Source: Casimicrobium sp. (GTDB lineage: Bacteria; Pseudomonadota; Gammaproteobacteria; Burkholderiales; Casimicrobiaceae). Taken from it: a stretch of 64,000 nucleotides of DNA. Below are positions 8,781 to 20,100 of the stretch, in pieces (the stretch's first letter is position 1; every line of letters begins with the position of its first letter). The stretch lies in contig JBEBJR010000001.1 in assembly GCA_040079845.1 (NCBI GenBank), positions 128,386-192,385 of the forward strand. Direction: 5' to 3'. The position numbers and the translations under genes were made by a program. The notes under the pieces were generated by a model. The model saw nothing but the letters and a program-made list of their open reading frames with translations, had not been told where the DNA came from and ran no database searches.

Positions 8781-9713
8781 TTACGCCGCAGAAATCAACG
8801 CTTCAAGCTTCCCCGCATCTACGGCGAACGCACGAATGCCTTCGGCCAATTTCTCCGTGGCCATCGCGTCGTTGTTCAACGCGTAGCGGAACGCGGGTTC
8901 GGTGGTGTCGAGCCGAACGGGCGCAATCGCGGCTTTTTCGGCGGGGATGAGTTTGCGCACGACGGTGTCGTTCATGCCTTGCAAAAGGTTCAGCAAATCC
9001 GGCGAAATAGTCAGGAGATCGCAGCCCGCGAGCGCAAGAATTTCACCGATGTTTCGGAAGCTCGCGCCCATCACTTCGGTCTTGTAGCCAAAGTGTTTGT
9101 AGTAGCTGTAGATGTAGCGAACAGACTGCACGCCAGGATCTTCTTCCGCCGTGAATTCTTTGCCGTCGCGTTTCTTGTACCAATCGAGAATACGACCCAC
9201 GAATGGCGAAATCAGCGTGATGCCGCCCTCGGCGCAGGCAGCGGCTTGAATCGGGCTGAACAGCAGCGTGAGATTGCAGTGAATGCCATCCTTTTCGAGC
9301 ACGGTCGCAGCCTGTATGCCTTCCCATGTGGAAGCAATTTTGATGAGCACGCGCTTGCGGTCGATGCCTGCGGCTTCGTAAAGCGCGATGAGTTCACGCG
9401 CCTTCGCGATGGTCGCTTTGGTGTCGAACGAGAGACGCGCATCCACTTCGGTCGACACGCGACCCGGCACGATTTTGAGAATTTCGAGACCGAAGCGAAT
9501 CAACACACGATCCACGATGAAATCAACCGACTGTCCACGGTGCGCGGCAACGGTCTCGCTAAACAGCGGTTTGTACGCATCTTGCTGCACCGCTTTGAGG
9601 ATCAGCGACGGGTTGGTCGTGGCGTCGCGCGGAGCGTAGGCGCGCATGGAGTTGAAATCGCCGGTGTCGGCGACTACAACGGTAAATTGTTTGAGCTGGT
9701 CGAGGCTGTTCAT
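8781..9713 (-). CDS. tal: Transaldolase
   Basis: 310 aa. N-terminus [17 protein letters not shown] and the active-site region KIASTWEGI. Confidence 0.92.
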   Translation of the reverse strand: MNSLDQLKQFTVVVADTGDFNSMRAYAPRDATTNPSLILKAVQQDAYKPLFSETVAAHRGQSVDFIVDRVLIRFGLEILKIVPGRVSTEVDARLSFDTKATIAKARELIALYEAAGIDRKRVLIKIASTWEGIQAATVLEKDGIHCNLTLLFSPIQAAACAEGGITLISPFVGRILDWYKKRDGKEFTAEEDPGVQSVRYIYSYYKHFGYKTEVMGASFRNIGEILALAGCDLLTISPDLLNLLQGMNDTVVRKLIPAEKAAIAPVRLDTTEPAFRYALNNDAMATEKLAEGIRAFAVDAGKLEALISAA

Positions 9714-9761
9714 AGCGGAAATGGGTTCGATTGGTTTTTCGGCGTAGTTCGTATTGTCGTC

Positions 9762-9779
9762 ATGTAGTCTTGTTACTAC
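9762..9779. promoter_or_regulatory. Candidate HexR operator in the tal/zwf divergent region
   Basis: Perfect palindrome TGTAGT-N6-ACTACA. A weaker TTGT-N9-ACAA lies at 9783-9799. hexR is encoded just downstream of zwf. Confidence 0.45.
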
Positions 9780-9817
9780 AAGTTGTTGTTTTGCTACAAG
9801 CCTGTTATTGTTTGGGG

Positions 9818-11293
9818 ATGGACAGCAATTTTGATCTCGTAATTTTTGGTGGCACGGGTGACTTGGCCTTGCGCAAACTCTACCCGGCGCTGTTTTTGGC
9901 GGACTGCGACGGTCGCCTCAATCCCTCGGGGCGAATTATCGCTGCCGCGCGGCAGTCTCTTACCGACGCTGATTTTCGGGCCAAAGTGGCCGAAGCGTTG
10001 CAGCGGTTCGTGCCGAAAGTCACCAGCACCACGCCTGCGGTGCAGGCTTTACGTGACGAGTGTCTCAGTCGATTTTTGGCGCGCCTGACCTATTTCGCGC
10101 TTGATGTGAATAACCAATCGCAGTACGACGCGCTCAAGCGCTCGCTCGATGAACGCGAGAGCCAAACGGTGTTCTATCTTTCGGTTGGCCCGACCTTGTT
10201 TCCGGCCATTATCGGCGGACTCAAAGCAGCGGGATTGAACACACCGGACACTCGAATCGTGCTCGAAAAGCCGCTAGGCCGCGACCTGAAATCTTCGCGC
10301 GAAATTAACAGCGTCGTACTCGAAGCGTTCGAGGAGAAGCAGGTTTACCGAATCGATCACTACCTCGGCAAGGAGACGGTGCAAAACCTGCTCGCGCTGC
10401 GTTTTGGTAATACGCTCTTGGAGCCGCTGTGGAATCGTTCGTGGGTTCGCGATGTGCAGATCACGATTGCCGAAACGGTGGGCGTCGAAACGCGAGGTGA
10501 GTTTTATGACAGCACCGGCGCGTTTCGTGACATGGTGCAAAACCATCTGCTAAATTTGCTGTGCATCACGGCGATGGAGCCGCCGTCCAGTCTCGATCCG
10601 GACGCCGTGCGCGACGAAAAACTGCAAGTGCTACGCGCGCTCAAACCATGGACACAAGAGACATTGCGCGAGAACATCGTGCGTGGACAATATCGCGCGG
10701 GAACGATGGCCGGCACGCCCGTTGCTGGCTATGTCGCCGAGGACGGCGTGAATGAGAGTTCGCGCACCGAAACGTATGTTGCGTTGCGCGCTGAAATTTC
10801 GAATTGGCGCTGGGCGGGCGTCCCGTTTTACTTGCGCACCGGCAAGCGCATGTCTGAGCGGCGCGCAGAAGTGGTCATCAATTTCAAAGCGCCACCACAT
10901 TCGATTTTTGAGAGTCCGCTGACGCCTAACCGCCTTGTAATCACGTTGCAGCCCGAGGAGAGTGTGCGGCTCTACACGATGGCCAAAGCGCCGGGCGACG
11001 GAATGCATTTGCGCGAGGTTCATCTCAATCTCGATTTCAACGAAATTTTTCGCGAACGTCGCCAAGACGCTTACGAGCGTTTGCTCCTGGATGTTTTGCG
11101 CGGTAACGCAACGCTGTTTATGCGCCGCGACGAGGCCGACGCCGCGTGGCGTTGGGTGCAGCCGGTGCTGAATTTGTGGGCACAAGAGCCGACGCCGCCG
11201 ATTGGCTACGCGGCCGGAAGCTGGGGGCCGCCGGCGTCAAGCCGGCTCGCGGCGGTTGCCGGAACTGCGTGGCATGAAGAGCTAAACGTTTAG
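9818..11293 (+). CDS. zwf: Glucose-6-phosphate 1-dehydrogenase
   Basis: Motifs [22 protein letters not shown] and EKP..G. Start moved to ATG 9818. Confidence 0.93.
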   Translation: MDSNFDLVIFGGTGDLALRKLYPALFLADCDGRLNPSGRIIAAARQSLTDADFRAKVAEALQRFVPKVTSTTPAVQALRDECLSRFLARLTYFALDVNNQSQYDALKRSLDERESQTVFYLSVGPTLFPAIIGGLKAAGLNTPDTRIVLEKPLGRDLKSSREINSVVLEAFEEKQVYRIDHYLGKETVQNLLALRFGNTLLEPLWNRSWVRDVQITIAETVGVETRGEFYDSTGAFRDMVQNHLLNLLCITAMEPPSSLDPDAVRDEKLQVLRALKPWTQETLRENIVRGQYRAGTMAGTPVAGYVAEDGVNESSRTETYVALRAEISNWRWAGVPFYLRTGKRMSERRAEVVINFKAPPHSIFESPLTPNRLVITLQPEESVRLYTMAKAPGDGMHLREVHLNLDFNEIFRERRQDAYERLLLDVLRGNATLFMRRDEADAAWRWVQPVLNLWAQEPTPPIGYAAGSWGPPASSRLAAVAGTAWHEELNV

Positions 11294-11370
11294 CGGATTT
11301 TGTTACGACCCGAAGTTGTTTTGCAACCGCACTATTCGCAGAGACGAGCAGTGCACAAGGAGGACCCCCC

Positions 11371-12306
11371 ATGGCCGCAGCAGTAGTTGCAATCAAAGAC
11401 GAAGCCGCAGCATCCGATGCGCTTGTTTCACGCATTACGGCCGTGCGGCTGAGTCTTCGCCCCAGCGAGCAGCGCGTGGCGAGCTACGTGTTGGGGCAAC
11501 CCAATCGCGTAGCGCATATGGCGATCGCCGAACTGGCGGAGGCGGTGGGAGTCACTGACCCGACGATTGCGCGCTTTTGTCAGGCGCTGGGTTTTACCGG
11601 GTACAAAGCCTTCAAAGTGGCGCTCGCCAAGAGTCTCGCCACAGGCGTGCCGTACGTGCACACGGATGTGTCAGCTCAGGACTCATCGGCCGATGTAATC
11701 GCGAAAGTGTTCGACCGATCTATAGCGACGCTTATTGCGATGCGAAACCAAGTTGATCCCAAGGTATTAGAACGCGCGGCAGAAGCCGTCGCAGGTGCGC
11801 GGCGTGTGGAGTTTTACGGCGTAGGTAACTCCGGTGTGGTGGCGATGGATGCGCAGCACAAATTCTTTCTGCTTGGCATGCACACGGTGGCCTACAACGA
11901 TCCACATTGGCAAGTGCAATCCGCGGCGCTCCTCACCCCGGAAGACGTCGTAGTTGCAATCTCTCGTACCGGCCGTACGCGCGACATGATTCAAACCTGC
12001 GAACTCGCTCAGCGCGCAGGCGCAACCGTAATTGCAATTACCGAACGCGCGTCGCAACTGGCAAAGTTGGCCGACATCGCGCTGGCGGTAGATGTGGACG
12101 AAGACCCCGAGGTGTATTCGCCGATGGTGGGTCGCCTCGCGCAGTTGGCGCTGATTGATGCGCTCGCAGTCACCGTGGCGCTGAAGCGCGGCCCGGCGCT
12201 TGAAGCTACGCTTCGCAAAGCCAAAGAGACCTTGATCGCCAAGCGCGAGAAGGAGGGCGACATGCTGACGCCACTGACATTGGCGGCGCGCAGTCGCTGG
12301 TTTTAG
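11371..12306 (+). CDS. hexR: RpiR/HexR-family transcriptional regulator (HTH + SIS domain)
   Basis: 311 aa with an HTH (AELAEAVGVTDPTIARFCQALGF) and a SIS domain. Sits immediately after zwf. Confidence 0.8.
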   Translation: MAAAVVAIKDEAAASDALVSRITAVRLSLRPSEQRVASYVLGQPNRVAHMAIAELAEAVGVTDPTIARFCQALGFTGYKAFKVALAKSLATGVPYVHTDVSAQDSSADVIAKVFDRSIATLIAMRNQVDPKVLERAAEAVAGARRVEFYGVGNSGVVAMDAQHKFFLLGMHTVAYNDPHWQVQSAALLTPEDVVVAISRTGRTRDMIQTCELAQRAGATVIAITERASQLAKLADIALAVDVDEDPEVYSPMVGRLAQLALIDALAVTVALKRGPALEATLRKAKETLIAKREKEGDMLTPLTLAARSRWF

Positions 12307-12362
12307 AACGCGAACAGTGTGTCGTGAGTCGCGTCAACAATGGCCGCGCTACACTAGGCGCC

Positions 12363-13217
12363 ATGAAACTGACTCCTTCCGATCCTGCTCCGCTTGACGA
12401 TGCTGCGCCTGCCGTAAGCCAGGAATTGACTATGCGTGAGCGCCGTGCTGCACTGAAAAACCGAATTCGTCGGCGCGGAATGTTCGCACTCCCGAGTTTG
12501 TTTACTTTGGGCTGCCTGTTCTTCGGATTTTTTGGCATCGTTCAGGCGATGAATCTGCGTTTTGACTACGCCGCTATGTCAATTTTCGTTGCGATGGTCA
12601 TGGACAGCCTCGACGGTCGAGTCGCGCGCATGACCAACACGCAAACAGCGTTCGGCGCAGAGCTTGACTCCATCGCCGACATGGTTAGCTTCGGCGCCGC
12701 ACCGGCACTTATCGTCTATGAGTGGAGCCTTAAAGCGCTGCCGAGCCCCCGCATTGCATTGGCTGCGGCGTTTATCTACGCTGCGTGTGCTGCGCTTCGG
12801 CTGGCGCGGTTTAACGTGCAGATTGGAACCATCGATAAGCGCTTCTTTAACGGTCTGCCGAGCCCAGCCGCTGCTGCGGTCTTGGCGGGATTTGTGCTCC
12901 TGATTGATGACTTGGAGATCGACGGCGCATCGGTTGCGTGGTGGGCGTTTGCCGTGACACTCGTGGCCGGCATTTCTATGGTCACAACGGCGAAGTTTTT
13001 TAGTTTCAAATCAATGGGACGCCGTGCCATTTCGTTCACCGCGATTGCGATGCTGGCGGTTGGCTTCGGAGTACTGCTCATGCATCCGCCCACTGTGATT
13101 TTTGCCGTAGTGCTGGTCTATTTGGCATCTGGCTACGTGGTCTGGGTGTGGCAGGCGCTGCACAAGAAGCCCCGCGCCGGCGCCGGTGTAAATGACGCTG
13201 ATTCAGCGGCGACCTAG
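12363..13217 (+). CDS. pssA: CDP-diacylglycerol--serine O-phosphatidyltransferase (CDP-alcohol transferase type)
   Basis: Contains DSLDGRVAR...G...DSIAD, the D-x2-DG-x2-AR...G-x3-D-x3-D motif. Multi-pass membrane protein. The start is uncertain (12324, 12363 or later). Confidence 0.8.
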   Translation: MKLTPSDPAPLDDAAPAVSQELTMRERRAALKNRIRRRGMFALPSLFTLGCLFFGFFGIVQAMNLRFDYAAMSIFVAMVMDSLDGRVARMTNTQTAFGAELDSIADMVSFGAAPALIVYEWSLKALPSPRIALAAAFIYAACAALRLARFNVQIGTIDKRFFNGLPSPAAAAVLAGFVLLIDDLEIDGASVAWWAFAVTLVAGISMVTTAKFFSFKSMGRRAISFTAIAMLAVGFGVLLMHPPTVIFAVVLVYLASGYVVWVWQALHKKPRAGAGVNDADSAAT

Positions 13218-13298
13218 CGTCGCACAAGATTTATCGGCAGGTTCCACGTCTGCTGCGATTCACGAAGTAAGCCCCTTCATTCCGACCGAAAGTTTGTA

Positions 13299-14450
13299 AT
13301 GCAACGAACGGCATTTTTTTGTGGCACGCGCCTCCGCGCAACCGTTGCGAGTGCGCTGATGGGCGCGACGTTATGCACGACTTACGTGTCTGCGCAAGAC
13401 AATCCTGCGCTACCGGAAATCGCTGCCGCAACACCGGGCTCAACATTTGACACGACGGATGTGGCACCTGGTGTCGCCGCCTCTCACGGCCTCAGCTTCT
13501 CGGCACTCGCCGAGTCGAGCGCCGAGTCGCAGCCGTTTCGCGAATTTTTGGTTGCAGCGGCCAATGTACCCGTGGTTGCTCCGCAGGTCACCCAAGCGAC
13601 CATAGACAACGCCGCACGAGCAAAGCGTTGTCAAGAATTTTTCCGATTGCCTTTCGGCCCGATTGAGCAATGCCGTACCGCCATCGTTGGCAGCGCAATG
13701 GGAGCGGTTCTAACGACAGGCGCATTTCAGTGGTGGAAGCGCGGGTTCAACACGAAAATAACGCGCGTCCAAGAAGGCGGTTTTGGCCGCGAAACATACA
13801 CCGGTGGAGTAGATAAGCTCAGCCATGCTTACACTTTTTACATCGGTACGCGCTTGGTCAATGACGCGCTGTTGTGGGGAGGATACTCAAAAACGGAATC
13901 GGTCCTGACGTCTGCCGCTGCCAACGCAGCGACTGCGCTGTTGATTGAAATGTTTGATGGCTATTCCAAGAAGACCTACGGCTTCAGTCGTGAAGACTTG
14001 GTAGCAGATGCCGTCGGCATCATTATCGGCAGCGCCGTGGCGCTCCATCCAGACTTGGATCGCAAATTTTCCTACCGCATGCGCTACGTGCCCAAGGGCG
14101 CTGGCGGCAGCGCAAATTTCATTGACAGCTACGAGGGCCAGACCTATTTTCTAACCGCGCGTTTGGCGGGCTTTGCGGACATGTCGGCGAAAAATCCGCT
14201 GCGTTACTTGGAGTTGGTGTTTGGATACCGTGGCACCGGTTTTAAGCCGCGCATCGGTGTTCCTGGTATCGATTACGCGCGCCACGAGCGCCGAACGTAC
14301 TACGGCATCGGGCTCAATGTTGAAGAAATCCTTCGTGGAACGATTTTCAAAGACAACGCGAAACCGACGCGCGTACAGGCAATTACCGAAGGTGTGTTGA
14401 CGTACGTGCAGCTTCCGGGCACTGTATTCGCTAAGACACACGCGTTCTAA
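13299..14450 (+). CDS. Hypothetical secreted/envelope protein
   Basis: 383 aa with a signal peptide and no motif I can name confidently. There is a weak recollection of DUF2279-like periplasmic proteins. Confidence 0.55.
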   Translation: MQRTAFFCGTRLRATVASALMGATLCTTYVSAQDNPALPEIAAATPGSTFDTTDVAPGVAASHGLSFSALAESSAESQPFREFLVAAANVPVVAPQVTQATIDNAARAKRCQEFFRLPFGPIEQCRTAIVGSAMGAVLTTGAFQWWKRGFNTKITRVQEGGFGRETYTGGVDKLSHAYTFYIGTRLVNDALLWGGYSKTESVLTSAAANAATALLIEMFDGYSKKTYGFSREDLVADAVGIIIGSAVALHPDLDRKFSYRMRYVPKGAGGSANFIDSYEGQTYFLTARLAGFADMSAKNPLRYLELVFGYRGTGFKPRIGVPGIDYARHERRTYYGIGLNVEEILRGTIFKDNAKPTRVQAITEGVLTYVQLPGTVFAKTHAF

Positions 14451-14477
14451 TCTCCGCCGATTTGGCGGCGCGGCGAC

Positions 14478-14506
14478 TTGAAAGCCGCGCGCAACTGCGC
14501 TATAGT
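14478..14506 (+). promoter_or_regulatory. Sigma70-like promoter TTGAAA-17-TATAGT upstream of the leuA leader
   Basis: Near-consensus hexamers with a 17-nt spacer. The -10 ends 6 nt before the leader ATG. Confidence 0.45.
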
Positions 14507-14512
14507 CATAGA

Positions 14513-14629
14513 ATGCAATCGCATTTCCAGCAACCCGCCAATACAGCCTTCGCACGCTTGAGCATCATTTGCTCGCTGCTGCTGTCTTCGCTCGGCCTGC
14601 TGTCGCTGCTGCGCCCCCAGCGCAAATAA
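14513..14629 (+). CDS. Leu-rich leader peptide (38 codons) upstream of leuA
   Basis: Translates to [38 protein letters not shown]. 8 Leu fall within residues 22-33. Lies 106 nt upstream of leuA. Confidence 0.55.
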   Translation: MQSHFQQPANTAFARLSIICSLLLSSLGLLSLLRPQRK

Positions 14630-14735
14630 ATTTCCCCCACTCCCCTCCGTTGCGCCACGTCTAAACCCTGAAAACCGGGAGACGAGGCCGCATTTCCGTA
14701 TCCCCATTCCTTCGCTTACGATCTAGAGCCTCATC

Positions 14736-16448
14736 ATGCCAATGTTGAAACAACCCAGCCAAAAGTACGCCGCGTTCAAACCCGTCGCATTGCCCGACCG
14801 GACGTGGCCTAACAAAACCATCACCAAGCCGCCAGTGTGGCTTGCCACCGACTTGCGCGACGGCAATCAAGCGCTGATCGAGCCGATGGATGTTGAGCGC
14901 AAGAAGAAAATGTTTGCGCTGAACGTGAGCGTCGGCATCAAAGAAATCGAAGTCGGATTTCCGTCTGCATCACAGACGGACTTTGACTTTGTCCGTCACC
15001 TGATCGAAGACAAAAAGATTCCGGACGACGTTTGGATTCAGGTGCTCTCGCCCTCGCGGGAGCAATTCATCGAGCGCACGTTTGAGTCGCTCAAAGGCGC
15101 CAAGCGCGCGATTTTCCACTTGTACCACGCGGTCGCTCCGGTCATGCGCAATGTTGTCTTCGGCATGTCGCAAGATCAAATCGTGAACGAGCTCACGATT
15201 CCGCATGTGAAGCAGGTTCGCGAACTCATGAAGAAATACCCCGAAACCGAATGGCGTTTCGAGTTTTCGCCGGAAATGTTCTCCAATACCGAGCTTGAGT
15301 TCTCGAAGCGCGTTGTTGATACGGTAGTAGATGTCTTCGGCGCAACGCCGCAAAACAAAGTCATCATCAATTTGCCGACTACCGTTGAGAACGCGACGCC
15401 GAATTGCTACGCCGATCAAATCGAATGGATGCATCGAAACGTTGCCAAGCGCGACTGCATCTTGATCTCGCTCCATCCGCATAACGATCGCGGCACGGGA
15501 ACGGCCGCAGCGGAATTGGGTTTGATGGCTGGTGCAGATCGCGTTGAGGGCTGTTTGTTCGGCAGCGGCGAGCGCACGGGCAACGTCGACATCGTGAACC
15601 TCGCGCTCAACATGTACTCGCAGGGTGTGCCCCCAAATCTTGATTTCAGCGATATTGATGAAGTCAAAAAGACCGTTGAGTATTGCAACCAACTTCCTGT
15701 GCCCGCGCGCCATCCATACGCGGGTGATCTCGTCTACACGAGCTTTTCAGGCTCACATCAGGACGCCATTAAAAAGGCGTTCACCAGCCGTGAAGTCAAT
15801 AAGACGCAGTTGTGGGACATGCCTTATTTGCCGATTGATCCTATGGACGTTGGCCGTAGCTACGAAGCCATCATTCGCGTGAACTCGCAATCGGGCAAAG
15901 GCGGTATTAGCTATCTTCTGCAAAACGAGTACGGCGTAGATCTGCCGCGTCGCATGCAGATTGAGTTTTCGCAAGTCGTACAGGCCGTAATGGATACGAC
16001 CGGCAAAGAAATGTCAGCCGACGACATCTGGAATATTTTTGATTCTGAATACGTCAGCAAAGCCGCGCCGTACAAGTACGTCGCACACAAACTTGCCGAA
16101 GACTCATCGAAACCCGAAGCCGTGGAAGTGCAGGCTGAAGTGGTGATCGACGGGGAAACGCACAAAGCCACCGGCACCGGCAACGGCCCGATTGACGCGT
16201 TCGTCTCTGCTATCGCGAGCGAACTGCATGCGCCGGTGAAAGTCATGGATTATCACGAGCACGCGATCGGCCAAGGCGCCAACGCCACGGCCATCACCTA
16301 CATCGAAATGCGCGTCGGTGAAGGCCCGTCGCTGCACGGCGTAGGCATGGACAGCAACATCGTCACCGCCTCGTTCAAAGCGATCCTGAGCGGCCTCAAC
16401 CGCGACGCTAAGCGCGTTCGCGCGGCTGATTCGGTCGTCGCGAAGTAA
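14736..16448 (+). CDS. leuA: 2-isopropylmalate synthase (long, LeuA type 2)
   Basis: 570 aa. Contains [12 protein letters not shown] and HPHNDRGTG, plus a C-terminal regulatory domain. Confidence 0.93.
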   Translation: MPMLKQPSQKYAAFKPVALPDRTWPNKTITKPPVWLATDLRDGNQALIEPMDVERKKKMFALNVSVGIKEIEVGFPSASQTDFDFVRHLIEDKKIPDDVWIQVLSPSREQFIERTFESLKGAKRAIFHLYHAVAPVMRNVVFGMSQDQIVNELTIPHVKQVRELMKKYPETEWRFEFSPEMFSNTELEFSKRVVDTVVDVFGATPQNKVIINLPTTVENATPNCYADQIEWMHRNVAKRDCILISLHPHNDRGTGTAAAELGLMAGADRVEGCLFGSGERTGNVDIVNLALNMYSQGVPPNLDFSDIDEVKKTVEYCNQLPVPARHPYAGDLVYTSFSGSHQDAIKKAFTSREVNKTQLWDMPYLPIDPMDVGRSYEAIIRVNSQSGKGGISYLLQNEYGVDLPRRMQIEFSQVVQAVMDTTGKEMSADDIWNIFDSEYVSKAAPYKYVAHKLAEDSSKPEAVEVQAEVVIDGETHKATGTGNGPIDAFVSAIASELHAPVKVMDYHEHAIGQGANATAITYIEMRVGEGPSLHGVGMDSNIVTASFKAILSGLNRDAKRVRAADSVVAK

Positions 16449-16513
16449 CTCGCAACCGCCTTCGTTGCGGAGCATGGCGCGCTGGCGCTTTGCTTTGCAA
16501 CGGGACTTCATGC

Positions 16514-17047
16514 ATGAAAATTCTCTATCGTCGAGCCACGCTCGAAGATGCGTCTTCGGTTGCGCGCGTGCACTGTGCGAGTTGGCGTAGTACGTATCCA
16601 GGCCTCATCCCCGACCACGTGATTGACGCGTGGGCAGACGTTGAGCGACGCACCGACGGCTGGCGCAGAATCATCGCCGAGCGCCCCGAAACCCTTTGGC
16701 TCGCGACGCGCGACGGTGAGGTCATCGGTTTCGCCGATGGCGGCGTCGCGCGCGAACCCAACGATGGCGTAGCGGGGCAATTGTTTGGCATTTATCTGCT
16801 TGCCTCGGCGCAGCGCAACGGCGTTGGTCGCGAGCTTGTCTCGCACGTGTTTTCGGACTTGCATCGATGGGGTTTCGGAAGCGCTCGCGTAGAGGTACTC
16901 AAAGGCAACCTTCCGGCAATTCGCTTCTACGAAAAGCTCGGCGCGCGTTTCGTTCGCGAGGCACCGTTCGAGATGATGGGCGACGCCATGTTTGAACTCG
17001 TTTACGTGTGGGACGAATTGCCTGACTTGACCGGTTGGCCCGCGTAG
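16514..17047 (+). CDS. GNAT-family N-acetyltransferase
   Basis: 177 aa with the acetyl-CoA motif QRNGVGRELV. Start moved to ATG 16514. Confidence 0.75.
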   Translation: MKILYRRATLEDASSVARVHCASWRSTYPGLIPDHVIDAWADVERRTDGWRRIIAERPETLWLATRDGEVIGFADGGVAREPNDGVAGQLFGIYLLASAQRNGVGRELVSHVFSDLHRWGFGSARVEVLKGNLPAIRFYEKLGARFVREAPFEMMGDAMFELVYVWDELPDLTGWPA

Positions 17048-17099
17048 GCGCGCGCGCGCAAGGACACTAAGGTGATCGCTTGCCGACGCTGCGGTACAT

Positions 17100-17129
17100 T
17101 TGTAATAGTTCCTTAATCGTGCTTATAAT
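17100..17129 (+). promoter_or_regulatory. Possible promoter TTGTAA-18-TATAAT for the NLR-like gene
   Basis: Lies in an AT-rich patch between the GNAT stop and the AGGAG/ATG at 17183/17193. Confidence 0.3.
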
Positions 17130-17192
17130 TCCTGTAACGAGCAGGGCGTGCAGCCATTGCGCGTCCCGTCTACGCTCTACGCAGGAGTACAA

Positions 17193-20100
17193 ATGATCAC
17201 GCTTAAATCGCTCCCGGCCATCGCACAATTAGAGGCGGTGCTCACTAAAAACCTGCTCGCAGGCGACGATCCGGCGCGATGCAAAGCGCTAATCAAGGTG
17301 TTGAAAGCGTCAACGGATGGGCGGCTACGCTACGACGCAGTGCTCGCGGCAGTTTTCCCTGATGGTCACCAACCTGCAAATCCGGGCAACGTCTTCACCA
17401 AGTTTCGCCAACGAGTCGGAGCGGCTGCGCAAGAAGCCGGCATCGCCTTCGAGATGCAGGTAACAGGCAGCAAACGCTCTGGTGCCGCGAGCATGTGGCT
17501 TACTTTTCACGGCGACGATGCGGCAAACGGGCAATTGCCGATGGAGGCGAGTCCGACGCACGACCCCAAAGTTTATGCACCACAGATGGCTCGCCGCGAT
17601 GTCAAGCGCATTTTCCTTAGCAACGCCGACTTGGACGGCGAGTTGGTAGCGCAATTCTTGAAGTGTCTTCGAACATCAATGGCGAGCGATGGAGATTCGC
17701 GAATTCATGAATGGGCCAGTTCCATTTTTTGGCATCGCGTCGATTTGACAGACAACCAGCAGCAACAGGCGATTCATCGAGCCATCGACGATTGTGACGT
17801 CGGGTTAATTCTGTTCTCTCGAAATCTCATCGCTAGCAGTTTTGTGCGCGGGGAAGAGCTGCCGCGGTTCCAACCTAGCAAATGGTCTGACGGCGATCCG
17901 CGAGCAAGGCCCGCCATAGCTGTGCAATTGACGAATGAGCCAATCGACCGACTACACAGCGCTGTTGGACACAAAGAATTCACGTACAGAAACTGCGTTG
18001 ACGACCACTCGGAAAAGCGCTGTAGCTTTGAGCTCGGCAACAGCACACAACGTAACCGCCTCTGCGACCAAATTGTCGAGAAACTAAAGGAATACCTGCT
18101 ACCAAGCGACGACGGCGGCGACTCGGTGTCGCCTAGCCTTCGCAAGCGTCGGCAAAAAGTCAACACTCCGTCGGAGCACTTGCCGTTGCCGTGCGCGGAT
18201 GACCGCTACAACGAGGTGCAATACGATGCGACGGCCGTCGCGCGTGCTACAGCAATCCGCCGTGCGGGGGGGCACAACGTGGCGACAAGCGGTGAAGGCG
18301 CCCCAGACGCAAACACCGCCGTATCGAAATCGGCGTCCACTGACGTTCCCGCGCTTGAATATCTGTCGACCTGGGCGACCGAGGCGAACAGATCTCGCTG
18401 GTTTGCCGTTCTCGGCGAACTCGGAATGGGAAAGACGTTTCTATGCCGCATGCTCGCAAATCGCTTGCGCAATACTCCCGATGCGCCGCGACCAATTTAC
18501 GTGGATTTGCGCAGCAGCGCCACCGACGCAGCAAACGGCGCGCGACTCACGCTGGAACTTATTCTCCAGAATTCGCTGCGTGTTGACTACAGCTCTCCCA
18601 AGTCGTTTACGCCTGAAACGTTAATTGACGGAGTTCGAAAGCGCGGGGATGTGATCATCTTTGACGGGCTCGACGAGCTCTCCGTGCACTTGAAAGACGA
18701 GGGCACTCGCGCGCTCATCGCTGAACTGTTAAGCGTCTTGCCGCCGACGCTGGAAGCGTCGACAAATCGCTCAAGTGAAGAATCGCCGACGGCGGCCAAG
18801 CAGATCGACGGCAAGCGTCGTGCAAGCTCGTCGAAGGCCGAGAAACTGGGCAAGGTCGTAATTTCCTGCCGCACACACTACTTTCCGGACATCACAAGTC
18901 AGAACGCATTTCTCTTGCAAGCACATCGCGGAAAGGCCGACGGCGAAGATGTGGAAGCTTTCACGTTGCTGCCGTTTACAGAAGAAGCGATTCGTCGCTA
19001 TTTCCGCAACGCCCTCGGCACCGACAAGGCTGATAGCGCGTTCGAGTTGATTTCGGAAGTTCACAACCTCCGAGAGTTGGCCGAACGGCCATATCTACTG
19101 AGTCTCATCACCGGGCAAATCGGCAAGCTTGAAGTGATGCGTCAACGCGGCGAAACGGTCAATGCCGCAAGCCTGTACGGTTTGTTCGCTGACGACTGGT
19201 TGCAACGCGACACTGGCAAACACGAATTCGAGCTTGCGCACAAGCGGAGCGTCATGCAGGCGCTTGCTGCGGAGATGTGGCGTGAACGTGCACGGCAGTG
19301 GTCATGGGAGCGCATGGAGCGATGGCTCAACGAATTCATGTTGTCGGTGCCTGGATGGGTGTTTCGCTACGCGGCGAAGGCCGATGTTTTGGCGAAGGAT
19401 TTGCGCACAGCCACGTTTATCGTGCGCGTCGGTGAAGATAGTTTTCGCTTTGCGCACACGTCGCTGCAAGAATATTTCTTGTCCGGCTATTTGTTAGACG
19501 CGTTGACCGCGCGTGAACTTTCGAAGTGGGACAACCTTGTTCCTTCGGACGAAACGTTCGATTTCATGTGGCAGCGATGGCAACTCATGGCGAACGGCGT
19601 TCAACGCACTGTTGTCGACGGGCTGCACGATCTGCTCGCTCGCGCAAAGCCCGCGCGCGGTGCGGTCGCGCCGCTGATCGCGTGGCAACTCTACGTGTTG
19701 AGGCAAGCCGAGAATCCGGCGGCCATTGTGAATCTCGACGGTGCAGACGTACGCGGTTGGCGGTTGGCGGGTACCGCGGATAGGCCGATGCGGTTGCCTA
19801 ATCTGACGCTGCGTGATGCTGTCGCAAAAGCGCTCACCGTAAGCCATGTTGACGCCGTGGCTGTCGATGCAAGCCGCGCCCACCTTGTACAGGCTCGGTT
19901 TGGCGATTGCGATTTTCAGCGCGCCGATATCCGCGATGCGGACCTACGTGGATCGACGTGGCGAAATGTTGACCTTCGCGACGCTCGCGTTGACGGCGGC
20001 ATGCTGGCCGGGGCGCTGTTCGACCAATGTGATGTTTCGGGAATTTCGATCGACACTAGCCACCCATCGTCGGCTGGTACTTTCGTTTTGCTCAACCCGA

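Noticed and set aside
8979-9767. A 262-aa plus-strand ORF antisense to tal. Similar antisense ORFs lie inside the HDAC gene (975-1541), zwf, leuA (14970-15713), fabH (62619-63413) and plsX.
   Set aside because: Each lies wholly within a strongly supported CDS on the other strand and has a low-complexity, Arg/His-rich translation with no recognisable motifs.
14630-14735. I looked for a classical attenuator terminator (GC hairpin plus U-tract) after the leuA leader peptide.
   Set aside because: No convincing one was found by eye, so no terminator feature is reported there. The leader-peptide call stands on the Leu run and its position only.
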